A stretch of DNA of 64,000 nucleotides. Source: a virus. Lineage: Duplodnaviria > Caudoviricetes. The position numbers and the translations under genes were made by a program. Under the pieces are notes generated by a model, which saw only the letters and a program-made list of their open reading frames with translations, ran no database searches and was not told the origin of the DNA. Positions 9,236-17,939 of this stretch are shown piece after piece; positions within the stretch are counted from its first letter, which is position 1; every line of letters starts with the position of its first letter. The stretch spans positions 32,001-96,000 of IMG/VR virus record IMGVR_UViG_2718218393_000006; one strand, 5' to 3'.

Positions 9236-10890
9236 CGCATGCCCAGCAGTTGGTCGGTGGTCATGCCGCGGCTAGCGATCACCGTGGGGGTGTAGCTGGC
9301 CACGCCGCGGGTGAGCAGCGCCCAGACGCCGGCGCTGGCGGCGTCGAACAGGTCGTCGCCGATTTTCGGGTTGGCCATTTTGTAGCTGTTGTAGCTGGCG
9401 CCCTGCACCGCCTTGGACTTGATATTGCCCAGCTGACGGATGAACTTGCCCCAGTCGCTGGCGTCGGCCTGCACCTGGTCCAGCGCGGACGGGCCCCAGT
9501 TGGTGTTGGCGTGGTTCTTGGCGCGCAGCGCGTCGGTGCCGTCGTCCACATAGGGAATGGCGGCCTGGCCGTTGTGGAAGGCGGCGCGCAGCGCGCTGGC
9601 CATGCTGTGCTTGGTCATGCCCTCGAATCGGATCGGTGCGAACGGCCAGTGCTGCCAGGTGCTGGCGGTGGATTGGCCATCGCCTATGCTGCGGCGGTCT
9701 ACCTCGGTCAGACCCTGGGCGAACAGCTTGTCGTTGAGGCTGGTGAGCATGCCCAAGCCGTAGGCGTCGCCCATTGCATAGTCCGGCCTGAAATATTCCC
9801 ACAGGCCCAGCAGATCGCGCTCCACCACGGCGTCGTCGGTGCCGGCCGGCCAGGTTTTCACATAGGGGAAGGTAATGAAGTTGCCCACCTGCTCGCACAC
9901 CACAAGCGCGGAGCAAGAGGCGTGCGCGCTCTCGCCGTGGCCGGAATGGTCATAGCCGAAGGACAGCAGGCCGCGCTTGCGGTAGCGCTGGCCTGGCAGC
10001 GGTCCGGCGGCCTGCAGGCCGGCTTGCAGCCCCACCGCCATGGCGCGGCGGATGTATTTCTCCCAAATCCAGTTTTGCGCGGCGGCGTTGATGCAGAGGA
10101 ACTGGCGGATGTATTCCGCCTCCGGCAACTGGGACTGCATCTCCAGCACGAACGCCTCGTTCAGGATGCCCAGCTCGATGCCCATGTACACGTCCACCGG
10201 CGGCAGGATGTGGTAGCCGCCGGTTTCGATCAGGTGGCTGAGCACGTCCGCGCCCTTGTGAACGCCGGTAATGCGGATTTGCGGCTTGAAGCTGACGCCC
10301 TGGTCAACGCCCAGCCGGCGCGCGGAGCCCAGCATGGGCAGGAAACGGGAAAACAGCCGGTCGGCCGGCATGTCGTCTGTCTCTTCCAGGCTGGCGAAGC
10401 TGATGCCGTCACCGTCGATCTGGCTCATGATGCCGTAGCAGCTGGCCTTGCTGCCGTTGGCGAACTGGTATTTCAAGTCTGCAATCTGGCGCCGGCCGCT
10501 CTTGTAGGCCACCCAGCCGGTCAGGATCTCGGAACGGCGGATGGCGTCGAGGTGGTAGGTGATGTTGGTCTGGCTCTGCTGCAGCCGCGGCGCGACGATG
10601 CCCTCTTCCTGAAACGGCGTAGTGGCGAGGAATTCCAGCGCGTACATCTCTTTGACGGCCGTCTTGCCCGTCCGCCGGCAGCTGAAGTCCACCGTATTGG
10701 GGTTGGCGTCCATCTCCAGCATTTTCAGCACCTGCATGGGGTCCAGGTCCACGTTGTGAACGTGCTTGGCCCATAGCGCATGGGGCCGAATGCCGGTGGC
10801 CGGGTCCGGCCGGGCGTAGCGCATCACCTCGGTTTCTGCGCGGTGCTGGATCTTGATGCGCTGGGCGGCGCCGATGCGCTCGCCGCTCAC
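9232..10890 (-). CDS. Terminase large subunit
   Basis: Walker A-like SCRRTGKT, Walker B-like LEETDD, RNase H-like FGYDHS and GDDLFDA. Confidence 0.8.
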   Translation of the reverse strand: MSGERIGAAQRIKIQHRAETEVMRYARPDPATGIRPHALWAKHVHNVDLDPMQVLKMLEMDANPNTVDFSCRRTGKTAVKEMYALEFLATTPFQEEGIVAPRLQQSQTNITYHLDAIRRSEILTGWVAYKSGRRQIADLKYQFANGSKASCYGIMSQIDGDGISFASLEETDDMPADRLFSRFLPMLGSARRLGVDQGVSFKPQIRITGVHKGADVLSHLIETGGYHILPPVDVYMGIELGILNEAFVLEMQSQLPEAEYIRQFLCINAAAQNWIWEKYIRRAMAVGLQAGLQAAGPLPGQRYRKRGLLSFGYDHSGHGESAHASCSALVVCEQVGNFITFPYVKTWPAGTDDAVVERDLLGLWEYFRPDYAMGDAYGLGMLTSLNDKLFAQGLTEVDRRSIGDGQSTASTWQHWPFAPIRFEGMTKHSMASALRAAFHNGQAAIPYVDDGTDALRAKNHANTNWGPSALDQVQADASDWGKFIRQLGNIKSKAVQGASYNSYKMANPKIGDDLFDAASAGVWALLTRGVASYTPTVIASRGMTTDQLLGMR

Positions 10891-11846
10891 TGCTCGCCCC
10901 CGTTCTGCTGCTGGTATTCGATCAGCACCGGGTCGCGCTGCTTGCGGGCGTTGGCGCGGTCGGCCAAGGCTTTGAGGGCGGCCATGGACTCGGCCTGCTT
11001 GGCGGCGTAGTCCTCCAAGGACAGCGTGCGCGGGCCGTCGCCGGCCGGCGCCAGGCGGCCCATCTGCTGTTCTTCTTGCTCGATCGCCTTCGGCGTCATG
11101 CCCATGTCGGACAGCGCCAGGTTGTTGCGGGACAGAAATTCCTGCAGCGGCTTGAGCAGCGGGTGCGCCTTCGTCTCCATGATGATGCGCTTCTCGCCGG
11201 TCTCGAAATCAGCGTACTCGCCGATCACGATGTCGCCCTCGCGCGTCACCGCCCAAGCCGGATGCTCGAGCTTCACGCCGTCGGCGATGATGGTCTGCAG
11301 GATCTGCTGGATGATGGCGGTGATGCTGGCCTGGATGGACGAATAGATGGGCGTCAGGTGCTTGGGGTTGCGCTGTTCGAAGGCGGCATGGTGGACCATG
11401 AAGAGCTGGGTCTGCTTGATGCAGGCCGGCTGTTTGGCGCAGTAGCCGGGGTCTACGTCGCAGCTGCTGCAGGCGGGATATTTGCCTGGCCGGGCCGGGA
11501 AGTACTGTGCCGTCTCCGCCGTCATGCCATGCTTCAGGGCGTTGAAGCGGGTGCGCAGCGCCTCCTCCGGCGTAGGGTGGCCTTCCAGGTTCTTGGCGCT
11601 GGCGGCTTTGCCAGCCGCCGTGCGCGGCCCGGTGGCGCTCGCCCAGGCCTTCACCAGCGATTTGTGGAACGGCGCCTGCGCCGCCTCCTCGCCGCAGCGG
11701 GTACAGTCCGCGAAATAGGCGAAGGGGTGGTGTTCGAGCTCGGGGGCATCCTCAACCCGCCCCGGCGCGGCGTCAAACGTGTTCGCGCACGCCGTGCAGC
11801 GGAAGGTAAGTGATTCGAGCTGTTTGGAAAGGTCGCGCTTGGCCAT
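10887..11846 (-). CDS. Putative terminase small subunit (Cys-rich)
   Basis: CxxC pairs, STGPRT..GKA...N and NALKHG motifs; directly upstream of TerL. Confidence 0.6.
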   Translation of the reverse strand: MAKRDLSKQLESLTFRCTACANTFDAAPGRVEDAPELEHHPFAYFADCTRCGEEAAQAPFHKSLVKAWASATGPRTAAGKAASAKNLEGHPTPEEALRTRFNALKHGMTAETAQYFPARPGKYPACSSCDVDPGYCAKQPACIKQTQLFMVHHAAFEQRNPKHLTPIYSSIQASITAIIQQILQTIIADGVKLEHPAWAVTREGDIVIGEYADFETGEKRIIMETKAHPLLKPLQEFLSRNNLALSDMGMTPKAIEQEEQQMGRLAPAGDGPRTLSLEDYAAKQAESMAALKALADRANARKQRDPVLIEYQQQNGGEQ

Positions 11847-11859
11847 GCTGGTATTTCAC

Positions 11860-11889
11860 AGCATGGCCGGGGGTGGGATAAGGGGGGGA
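11860..11889 (-). promoter_or_regulatory. Putative late promoter copy 2
   Basis: Same 18-bp motif and CATGCT as at 3806-3836. Confidence 0.6.
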
Positions 11890-11928
11890 TTTGGTTTAAG
11901 AAGAAGGGATAACGACAGAACATCCTGT

Positions 11929-12855
11929 TCATGGTTTGGTCTTTACCAAACTCATCAGCGCAGACAAGAGTTCCTTTTCATTTTGCTGAGACTGACGAAG
12001 CCGCTCAATATCTTGAGTGGTTTCACCTTTTTTCAAAATACCATTTCGCTCTGTAAGAGATAGTGAGATTAATATCTTTGCAGTCGAGGTTTTATCCTTC
12101 AACTCTACCGCCTTATTGAGCGCAATAAATTTTGCCTCAAGATTCGTCAATTCATTCTGATAATATTTAATATCTTGCAGACCAGCACTGTAAAGCTTCA
12201 AAAAGAAAAATGAAAAAATCTCAATAAAAACACTCAACATAACACGAGGAGCATAGTGGGCAAGTACCTCTGCCATTGTTGAAGATCCACCATTATCCCA
12301 AAGAACCACATACACCAAAAGCCCAACTGCAACAGCACTTGTACCCACCCCAATCATTAGGTTTAAATTTCCTCTTCGACTTAACGACGAAATCTCATCT
12401 TTTATCCTCACCTGAATGGAGTAAAAACTTTCCTCAACGCTCCAATTAAAAACATCGTCTGAATCGGCAGGTGGAGTTGGCGCATCAATCCGCTCAATCA
12501 ATGCATCATCGACAAAATCTTTGTTTTCTTTTTTGTGAAACGGATTCACTCCCATAAGATATTGATACACAAATAACAACACAAATAAAAAACCAGAAGC
12601 AATCCCCAGAAATGCAATCCAATCACTTTTAAACTTAATCGAAGTCAAACTCAGATAAGCAAGTGACAACGCCGAAACCGATAAAAAAACAAAGAGATAA
12701 GCAACTGCACTCCGCCTTCTTTTCTCATACTCAGCAGCAGCAACCTCTGCCTTCCTGTACTCCATCTCCTTACGTATTCCTTTTATAGACTCATCATGAA
12801 TATCACCCAGCGCCACGGATCTCTTCAATGATTCTGGCATTCCATCTTGCCCCAT
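11929..12855 (-). CDS. Low-GC four-TM membrane protein with helical C-terminus; moron
   Basis: 308 aa, two pairs of hydrophobic helices, AT-rich. Confidence 0.75.
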   Translation of the reverse strand: MGQDGMPESLKRSVALGDIHDESIKGIRKEMEYRKAEVAAAEYEKRRRSAVAYLFVFLSVSALSLAYLSLTSIKFKSDWIAFLGIASGFLFVLLFVYQYLMGVNPFHKKENKDFVDDALIERIDAPTPPADSDDVFNWSVEESFYSIQVRIKDEISSLSRRGNLNLMIGVGTSAVAVGLLVYVVLWDNGGSSTMAEVLAHYAPRVMLSVFIEIFSFFFLKLYSAGLQDIKYYQNELTNLEAKFIALNKAVELKDKTSTAKILISLSLTERNGILKKGETTQDIERLRQSQQNEKELLSALMSLVKTKP

Positions 12856-12920
12856 ACTCCCCTCCTATAATAATTAACACTTGCCGAAATTAAATATTTT
12901 CACTTTGCACATAAAACCCA

Positions 12921-13415
12921 TCAGATGTGAATTTCAATAATTTCCTTCACTCGCTTCGTCTCTAAAACAACATCTAACGCCTCAGACAGCCTAATGCGAA
13001 CGGCATTGAATGATAACCCTTGACCTGCTAGCTGTCGAATATAAGTATCGCGCTGATAATGTTCATAACTACGATAACGACGCAGCGTCAGCTCCAACCC
13101 TCCCTTGGGATGCCGCCACTGTTCCTCAGCATCTAAAATGCGCCACATAGCCAGAAAGGCATCCATTCCGATCTCCGCCGCCACCTTCTGCCAACAGTGG
13201 TGCATGCCCATCGCGCGCAGCTCATCCAGCCGCGGATCCCGCGCGCGATTTTTTTTGGCTCCATCGTGAAGTTCGGGCGGATTGCAGACATCCAGGTACC
13301 CGCCCCCCCTGGCCGGACCGGCCGTGAGCCCTTGCCTACCCCCCACCCCATAAACAGTCCTACTCGCAACAGAGTCAGACTGTGCAATTCCTGTGGTTTG
13401 ACTTCGCTTTTCCAT
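12921..13415 (-). CDS. Putative late-gene transcription activator (Mor/C-like)
   Basis: KVAAEIGMDAFLAMWR and RDTYIRQLAGQG segments resemble Mor-family N-terminal and HTH regions. Confidence 0.45.
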   Translation of the reverse strand: MEKRSQTTGIAQSDSVASRTVYGVGGRQGLTAGPARGGGYLDVCNPPELHDGAKKNRARDPRLDELRAMGMHHCWQKVAAEIGMDAFLAMWRILDAEEQWRHPKGGLELTLRRYRSYEHYQRDTYIRQLAGQGLSFNAVRIRLSEALDVVLETKRVKEIIEIHI

Positions 13416-13628
13416 ATCGCCGCACCCTCCAGACACCCCGTGTTGCCGTCCAGCCACTTCGCTTTTTGTTAGAAGGCGAAGTGGCAGCCCCTGGACAGCA
13501 ACAACGCTTTGATTTCGATTTAGCCCGTTTTGAAGCCTACTTTGAGAATCTGCTGCAACCCTCTCGGCACGGCACTCTCACCTCACAGCCAGTTACCGCC
13601 ACGGTGACTTGTAAGAAACAAAGCCACC

Positions 13629-14645
13629 TCAACGCGCGCCCGTTGGTTTGCGCGTCATCTCCCCCAGCAGCTGGCTAACCGGAGTGGAGACCTTGCTCAA
13701 CGGATTCGCTTTGTCCACGCTGCCCGTCAGCTTACGGATTGCCAGGTGGGTGTAGATGCTGGTGGACTTCGGGTCCGCGTGCCCCATCAGCTGCTGACGC
13801 TCCAGGACGTCCACCGCCTCCTCCGCTAACTCGGTGCCGTAGAGGTGGCGCAGGGCATGAGGGTGCAGCTGCGCCGCGGGAATCCCCGCCGCCATGCCAT
13901 GGCGCCGCAACATGGCAAATGCCCCCCGCGTGGAAAAGCGGCGGCGCTCGCCGTAGTACTCATGCGCCGGGCAGCGTCGGTTCCGGGTAGTCACGAACAG
14001 CACCTGGTCGCCATCCTCGGTGCCGCGATCGATCTCGGCCAGGCCAGGGTGCTCCAGGTACACGCGCAGCAGCAGATCCGCCTCCCGCGGGACTGGAATC
14101 AGGCGTTCCTTGTCGCCCTTCTCGATCGGCCGGATCGCCATCCGGGTTTCACCGTCGATGGTCTGCGTGGTCAGGTGCCCCTCATTCAGCCGAACCAGGC
14201 CGCTGATACGGACGCCGCAGCCGATCAGCACCGCCAGCATGGCCGCATCGCGCACGCCCTCAAAACGGTTGAAATCCGGGGCCCACATCAACCGTTCCGC
14301 GTTGCTCAACTCCATGGCGGTGGGCAACTTGCGCGGCTTGCGCGGATACGGGATCGAGGCGGCCGGGTCTCGCGGGATCGCCTTGCGCACAGACCAGAGA
14401 TATCGATACAGCTCGCGGATGCAGGCAACGTATGGCGTGCGGCTCACCGGCGCCAGGTGCAGCGCCTTGTGCAGGTATGGACCCGTGAAGGCCAGCAGCT
14501 GGTCCCCGTCTATGATCAGCGGATCTCGCCCATCCAGCCAGTCCTCAAACCTCTGCAGGATGTCGCGGTATGCCCGAATGGACCGATCCGCAAGTCCCTT
14601 GTTATCAGCTTTGAAGAGGAGAAACTCTTCCATCAGTCGATTCAT
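13629..14645 (-). CDS. Tyrosine recombinase / integrase (XerC/D-like)
   Basis: Catalytic R (GVRISG), K (EKGDKER), HxxR (HALRH), H (MGH), Y (SIYT); SAM-like N-terminus. Confidence 0.92.
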   Translation of the reverse strand: MNRLMEEFLLFKADNKGLADRSIRAYRDILQRFEDWLDGRDPLIIDGDQLLAFTGPYLHKALHLAPVSRTPYVACIRELYRYLWSVRKAIPRDPAASIPYPRKPRKLPTAMELSNAERLMWAPDFNRFEGVRDAAMLAVLIGCGVRISGLVRLNEGHLTTQTIDGETRMAIRPIEKGDKERLIPVPREADLLLRVYLEHPGLAEIDRGTEDGDQVLFVTTRNRRCPAHEYYGERRRFSTRGAFAMLRRHGMAAGIPAAQLHPHALRHLYGTELAEEAVDVLERQQLMGHADPKSTSIYTHLAIRKLTGSVDKANPLSKVSTPVSQLLGEMTRKPTGAR

Positions 14646-14680
14646 CACGGCTCCAAAAAAGGGACCCACTAGCAAAATAA

Positions 14681-15041
14681 CCTGTGGAATTGTGGATTGC
14701 CGCCGAAACCCGGCTAAAACCCTGCCCAATCAACATTTTACCATTCCACAAAATCCACCAAAACAGGGTTTTCTGGGTTTTGAAACTGTGGGTCAAAAAA
14801 TAGGCAGCACTCCGAAACCGTGGATTGCCCTCACCTCCTTTTTTCTCCGCTTTCTTTCTCTTTCTCTTTGATTTTTTAAAAGAAAAAAGAAAGAAAACCA
14901 AGGGGCGACTGAAATCGCGCTGTGGAGAAATCGGCAATTCCGTGGAATAGAAAATGAAACCGTGGATTAAAAAACGAAACCGTGGGCATGCTTTTCAGCA
15001 AAATCAATGACTTGCAACGGACCAGCGTTCAAATCCACGGG
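14681..15041. repeat. Cluster of (GAAA)CCGTGGA-like repeats around an AT-rich tract; iteron/origin or recombinase binding sites
   Basis: GAAACCGTGG at 14814, 14956, 14976; GAAACTGTGG 14782; CCGTGGA 14940; inverted TCCACGG 15034; T-/A-rich tract about 14838-14900. Confidence 0.55.
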
Positions 15042-15323
15042 ATTTTCTTGATTGCATGCCATGGGTTTTGCTTGAGCAAGCCAGCCGGCCTGTCCGTCGC
15101 CTTCTGGAGCTGGCAGACGGTTAGGCAGACGGTAATTGATGCAGTAGCAAAGGGGCAGAAACGGCAGAAAGGGATTGTGAAAAGCGAAGTCATAGAGCCG
15201 GGAAATCATTTCCGCATCGGGAAATACGATGCAGCTGTGACAATGGTTACAGAGGGCCATAAAATGTGACATGCGGAAATGAATACTTGATAATTCATTG
15301 ATATCATTGATTTGTCGCGTAGA

Positions 15324-15381
15324 CTTGAAAACCGTCGTGGGTGCGAGCCCACCGTGAGTTCGAATCTCACCGCTTCCGCCA
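15324..15381 (+). tRNA. 3' fragment of tRNA-Ser(UGA) (anticodon loop to CCA) = att core between the two prophages
   Basis: CTTGAAA anticodon loop, long variable arm GTGGGTGCGAGCCCAC, T-arm GTGAGTTCGAATCTCAC, ends CCA; 5' half absent. Confidence 0.88.
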
Positions 15382-15497
15382 AATTCTAAGCCGTCCATAC
15401 CCGTGCAAATCAGCGTATAACGCTTATCTGGCAAGGGCTTGGGCGGCTTTTCATTTTCTCGCCTTGCGCTGCTTTGCGCCGCTTTACGTGGTTCCTA

Positions 15498-15517
15498 GCG
15501 CCCCAAATGCGCCCCAA
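15498..15517 (+). repeat. Direct repeat GCGCCCCAA x2, probable integrase arm-type sites
   Basis: 9-bp repeats 11 bp apart, about 120 bp from the att core. Confidence 0.5.
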
Positions 15518-15523
15518 GTTTTC

Positions 15524-15546
15524 AACCCGCCCATGGCGGGTTTTTT
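15524..15546 (+). terminator. Intrinsic terminator
   Basis: AACCCGCC-CAT-GGCGGGTT + T-tract. Confidence 0.65.
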
Positions 15547-15562
15547 CATGCCTGGAGAAAAC

Positions 15563-16180
15563 GTGAAAACCATCGCCACATTCTCGCAAAAAGGCGGCTC
15601 GGGTAAGTCTACCCTGGCCGTTCACCTGGGCGTCGCCGCGGAAGAGGACAGCTGCAAAGTCATCATCTTGGACCGCGACGATGCACAGGCCTCAAGTTCG
15701 CGCTGGGCCGCGTGCCGCGCAGCTGCAGCTCCCATCGTCCTCAAGACACCTCCGTCGAAGCTCCAGGGCGCACTCGATGCCGCCAGGACCAAGGCCTTCG
15801 GCCTGGCCATCATCGACGGGCCTCCGCACTCCTCGCCGGATGCCGCTGCAATCGCGCGGATCGCCGACATCATCCTGATTCCCGTCCGGCCGACGGCATT
15901 CGACCTGGCCGCGGTCGGCAATGCAGTGAAGATTGTCACCGCCGCGGGCAAGCAGCCGCTGTTCGTGCTGTCCGCCTGCCCTTCTCGCGTGCCGGAGGTA
16001 GCCGACGCACGCCAGGCACTGGCCGACTTTGGTGACGTGGCGCCGGTGGAGATCGGCGAACGCATTGCATTTTCACGCGCCATCGCCACCGGCCGATCGG
16101 TGACGGAGTTCGACTCTCGCGGCAAGGCTGCGGCCGAGATTCGTGCGTTGTGGCAGTGGATCAAGGAGAGGGCGAAATGA
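15563..16180 (+). CDS. parA: ParA/ParF-type partition ATPase
   Basis: QKGGSGKST deviant Walker A, LDRDDAQ, IIDGPP; GGAG RBS before GTG. Confidence 0.9.
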   Translation: MKTIATFSQKGGSGKSTLAVHLGVAAEEDSCKVIILDRDDAQASSSRWAACRAAAAPIVLKTPPSKLQGALDAARTKAFGLAIIDGPPHSSPDAAAIARIADIILIPVRPTAFDLAAVGNAVKIVTAAGKQPLFVLSACPSRVPEVADARQALADFGDVAPVEIGERIAFSRAIATGRSVTEFDSRGKAAAEIRALWQWIKERAK

Positions 16181-16422
16181 GTAAGACCAGCCTGAAGGAT
16201 TTCTTGGGCGCCGGCGAGGCGGAGCTGCCCGCCAAGGAAGGGAAGCCGCTGCCGGAATACGTGTCGATCAAGGTGAAGGTCCACCCCGACGACCATCGCC
16301 GGCTCTCGGACCTAGCCAAGGCGGAACGGCCGTCCAGCCTGCAAGACCTTGGCGTGGAAGGCTTCAATCGCGTGCTTGCAGAGCGCGGTCTGCCGCCGCT
16401 GCGCCCCTACAAAGATGGGTAA
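16177..16422 (+). CDS. Small ParG-like (ribbon-helix-helix) centromere-binding protein
   Basis: 81 aa coupled to parA; strand VSIKVKV followed by two helices. Confidence 0.65.
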   Translation: MSKTSLKDFLGAGEAELPAKEGKPLPEYVSIKVKVHPDDHRRLSDLAKAERPSSLQDLGVEGFNRVLAERGLPPLRPYKDG

Positions 16423-16423
16423 A

Positions 16424-16495
16424 TGCCCATTTGGGCAGTTGCCCACTTGCTCACCTGCTCATTTACCCATTTGCGCACATGCGCAATTGCCCACG
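16424..16495. repeat. Centromere-like array of degenerate 8-bp repeats TGC(C/T/G)CA(T/C)N
   Basis: tgcccatt, tgggcagt, tgcccact, tgctcacc, tgctcatt, tacccatt, tgcgcaca, tgcgcaat, tgcccacg in exact 8-bp phase. Confidence 0.7.
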
Positions 16496-16510
16496 GAATT
16501 GGAGAGTTAA

Positions 16511-16627
16511 ATGATCGACATCGACGCCATCATCGATGGCATGGGCTGGTCGCTGGATGCCAGCGAGCGTGCAGATATGCGCCGGCTGTATCAGGCCATG
16601 CTCGCTGCCGCGCCGTCGCCCAATTGA
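16511..16627 (+). CDS. Small hypothetical protein (38 aa, MIDIDAIIDGMGWSLD...)
   Basis: GGAGAG RBS; below the ORF-track cutoff. Confidence 0.4.
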   Translation: MIDIDAIIDGMGWSLDASERADMRRLYQAMLAAAPSPN

Positions 16628-16712
16628 CACACAATCCGCGCATCATCCGCTGTAAATTTGCGTAATTAACGCACCCTTGCCATGCTGATTGCAAATCTAG
16701 GAGCAATCCGCC

Positions 16713-16916
16713 ATGCGCCTCTACCTATCCCCCGACCGCTACTACGCTATCGCCATCCAGCTGGATCTGTTCGACAGGCCGGTGATCGTGCGCGCCTGGG
16801 GCGGCCGCGGGAGCAGGCGCGGAGGCATGGCAACGGAACCATTCAGCACGGCGCGACTCAAGGACATTGACCGTCGCCGGCGACGGCATGGCTACCAACT
16901 ACACAGGCCCAACTGA
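16713..16916 (+). CDS. WGR-domain protein
   Basis: RYYAIAIQLDLF...VRAWGGRG motif. Confidence 0.75.
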   Translation: MRLYLSPDRYYAIAIQLDLFDRPVIVRAWGGRGSRRGGMATEPFSTARLKDIDRRRRRHGYQLHRPN

Positions 16917-17446
16917 TGAAACTCTCCGCCCTGCTCCTCGTCGGCGCTCTTGCAGCGCCGTTTTCTATTGCTGCGCCGCTGCCGGCCGGCGCCGACTATG
17001 AGGTCGGGTTCTCGCCCAATGCCGGCGGCCTAGTACTGGTCTTGCAGGGCATCGACGGCGCGAAGTCGTCGATTCTGGTCGCGGCCTACTCATTCACCAG
17101 CAAGCCCATTGCCGAGTCGCTGCTGAATGCCCACAAGCGCGGCGTGAAGGTGCAAGTCGTCGCCGACGAAAAGAGCAACCGCAAGGGTTATAGCGCCGCA
17201 CAGTTCCTGGCCAATCAAGGCGTGCCGGTCCGGCTCAATGGCAACTATGCCATCTTCCACCACAAATTCATGGTGATCGACGGCCAGAACGTCGAGACCG
17301 GCTCGTTCAACTACAGCGCGGCGGCTGCCAATCGAAATGCCGAGAATGTGCTCCTGCTGCGCAACGTGAAGCCGCTGGCGAACAAGTACGCGGCTGAGTG
17401 GACAAGACTGTGGGACGAGGCCACCCCCTTGCCGAAGGCATACTGA
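16916..17446 (+). CDS. nuc: Exported phospholipase-D-family endonuclease (Nuc-like)
   Basis: Signal peptide; HHKFMVIDG...ETGSFNYS HKD motif. Confidence 0.88.
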   Translation: MKLSALLLVGALAAPFSIAAPLPAGADYEVGFSPNAGGLVLVLQGIDGAKSSILVAAYSFTSKPIAESLLNAHKRGVKVQVVADEKSNRKGYSAAQFLANQGVPVRLNGNYAIFHHKFMVIDGQNVETGSFNYSAAAANRNAENVLLLRNVKPLANKYAAEWTRLWDEATPLPKAY

Positions 17447-17470
17447 AATCCGTTTTGATATTCCCTCACC

Positions 17471-17513
17471 TGTGGTGTAATTTGAATTTGTACGAATTCA
17501 TAATTTCACCACA
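17471..17513. promoter_or_regulatory. Long imperfect palindrome over the umuD promoter
   Basis: tgtggtgtaatttgaatttgt / acgaattcataatttcaccaca; contains CATAAT and ends at the ATG. Confidence 0.55.
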
Positions 17514-17939
17514 ATGGCCTCCATCCCCCACTTGATCCCGCAACCCGGCGGCCAGCCGGTGTCGCTCGTTCTGGCCCCGGTTCGTGCCGGGTTTCCGTCA
17601 CCAGCTGACGACTACCTCGACGACAGCATCAACCTGCATGAGTACCTGGTGGAGGATCCGCCGGCGACGTTCATCGTCCGTGTGCGCGGTGACTCCATGA
17701 TCGGCGCCGGCATCGACAACGGCGACCTGCTAGTGGTGGACAAAGGGCTGACCGCAAACCATGGGGACATAGTGATCGCCGTGCTAGACGGCGAGTTCAC
17801 CGTCAAGCGTCTGCACCGCATACGCGGTCACTGCGCGCTGATCGCCGAGAACCCGGCCTACCCTCCTATCCGGCTGGCCGATGGTCAAGAACTGGAGGTC
17901 TGGGGCGTGGTGCGCGGCTGCGTGAAACGGTTCCGCTGA
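17514..17939 (+). CDS. umuD: DNA polymerase V subunit UmuD (S24 peptidase)
   Basis: AGFPSPA cleavage site, GDSM serine, TVKRL lysine. Confidence 0.93.
   Translation: MASIPHLIPQPGGQPVSLVLAPVRAGFPSPADDYLDDSINLHEYLVEDPPATFIVRVRGDSMIGAGIDNGDLLVVDKGLTANHGDIVIAVLDGEFTVKRLHRIRGHCALIAENPAYPPIRLADGQELEVWGVVRGCVKRFR

Larger units (their letters stand above)
1..15381 (-). mobile_element. Prophage 1 (right part): tyrosine recombinase, packaging and head genes; left end outside window
   Basis: Co-oriented recombinase, terminases, portal, head morphogenesis and protease-capsid genes ending at a tRNA-Ser 3' fragment. Confidence 0.85.

Noticed and set aside
15290-15381. Intact tRNA-Ser gene
   Set aside because: The acceptor 5' strand, D-arm and 5' anticodon stem are missing.
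1-15381. Transposable Mu-type phage
   Set aside because: Only the protease and possible activator are Mu-like. No DDE transposase is in view, and the element ends at a tRNA att with a tyrosine recombinase.
14605-15434. ORFs 14605-14937, 14967-15434, 14982-15269 and the 15341 extension of parA
   Set aside because: They cross att, tRNA and repeat sequence, with no protein-like features or RBS.
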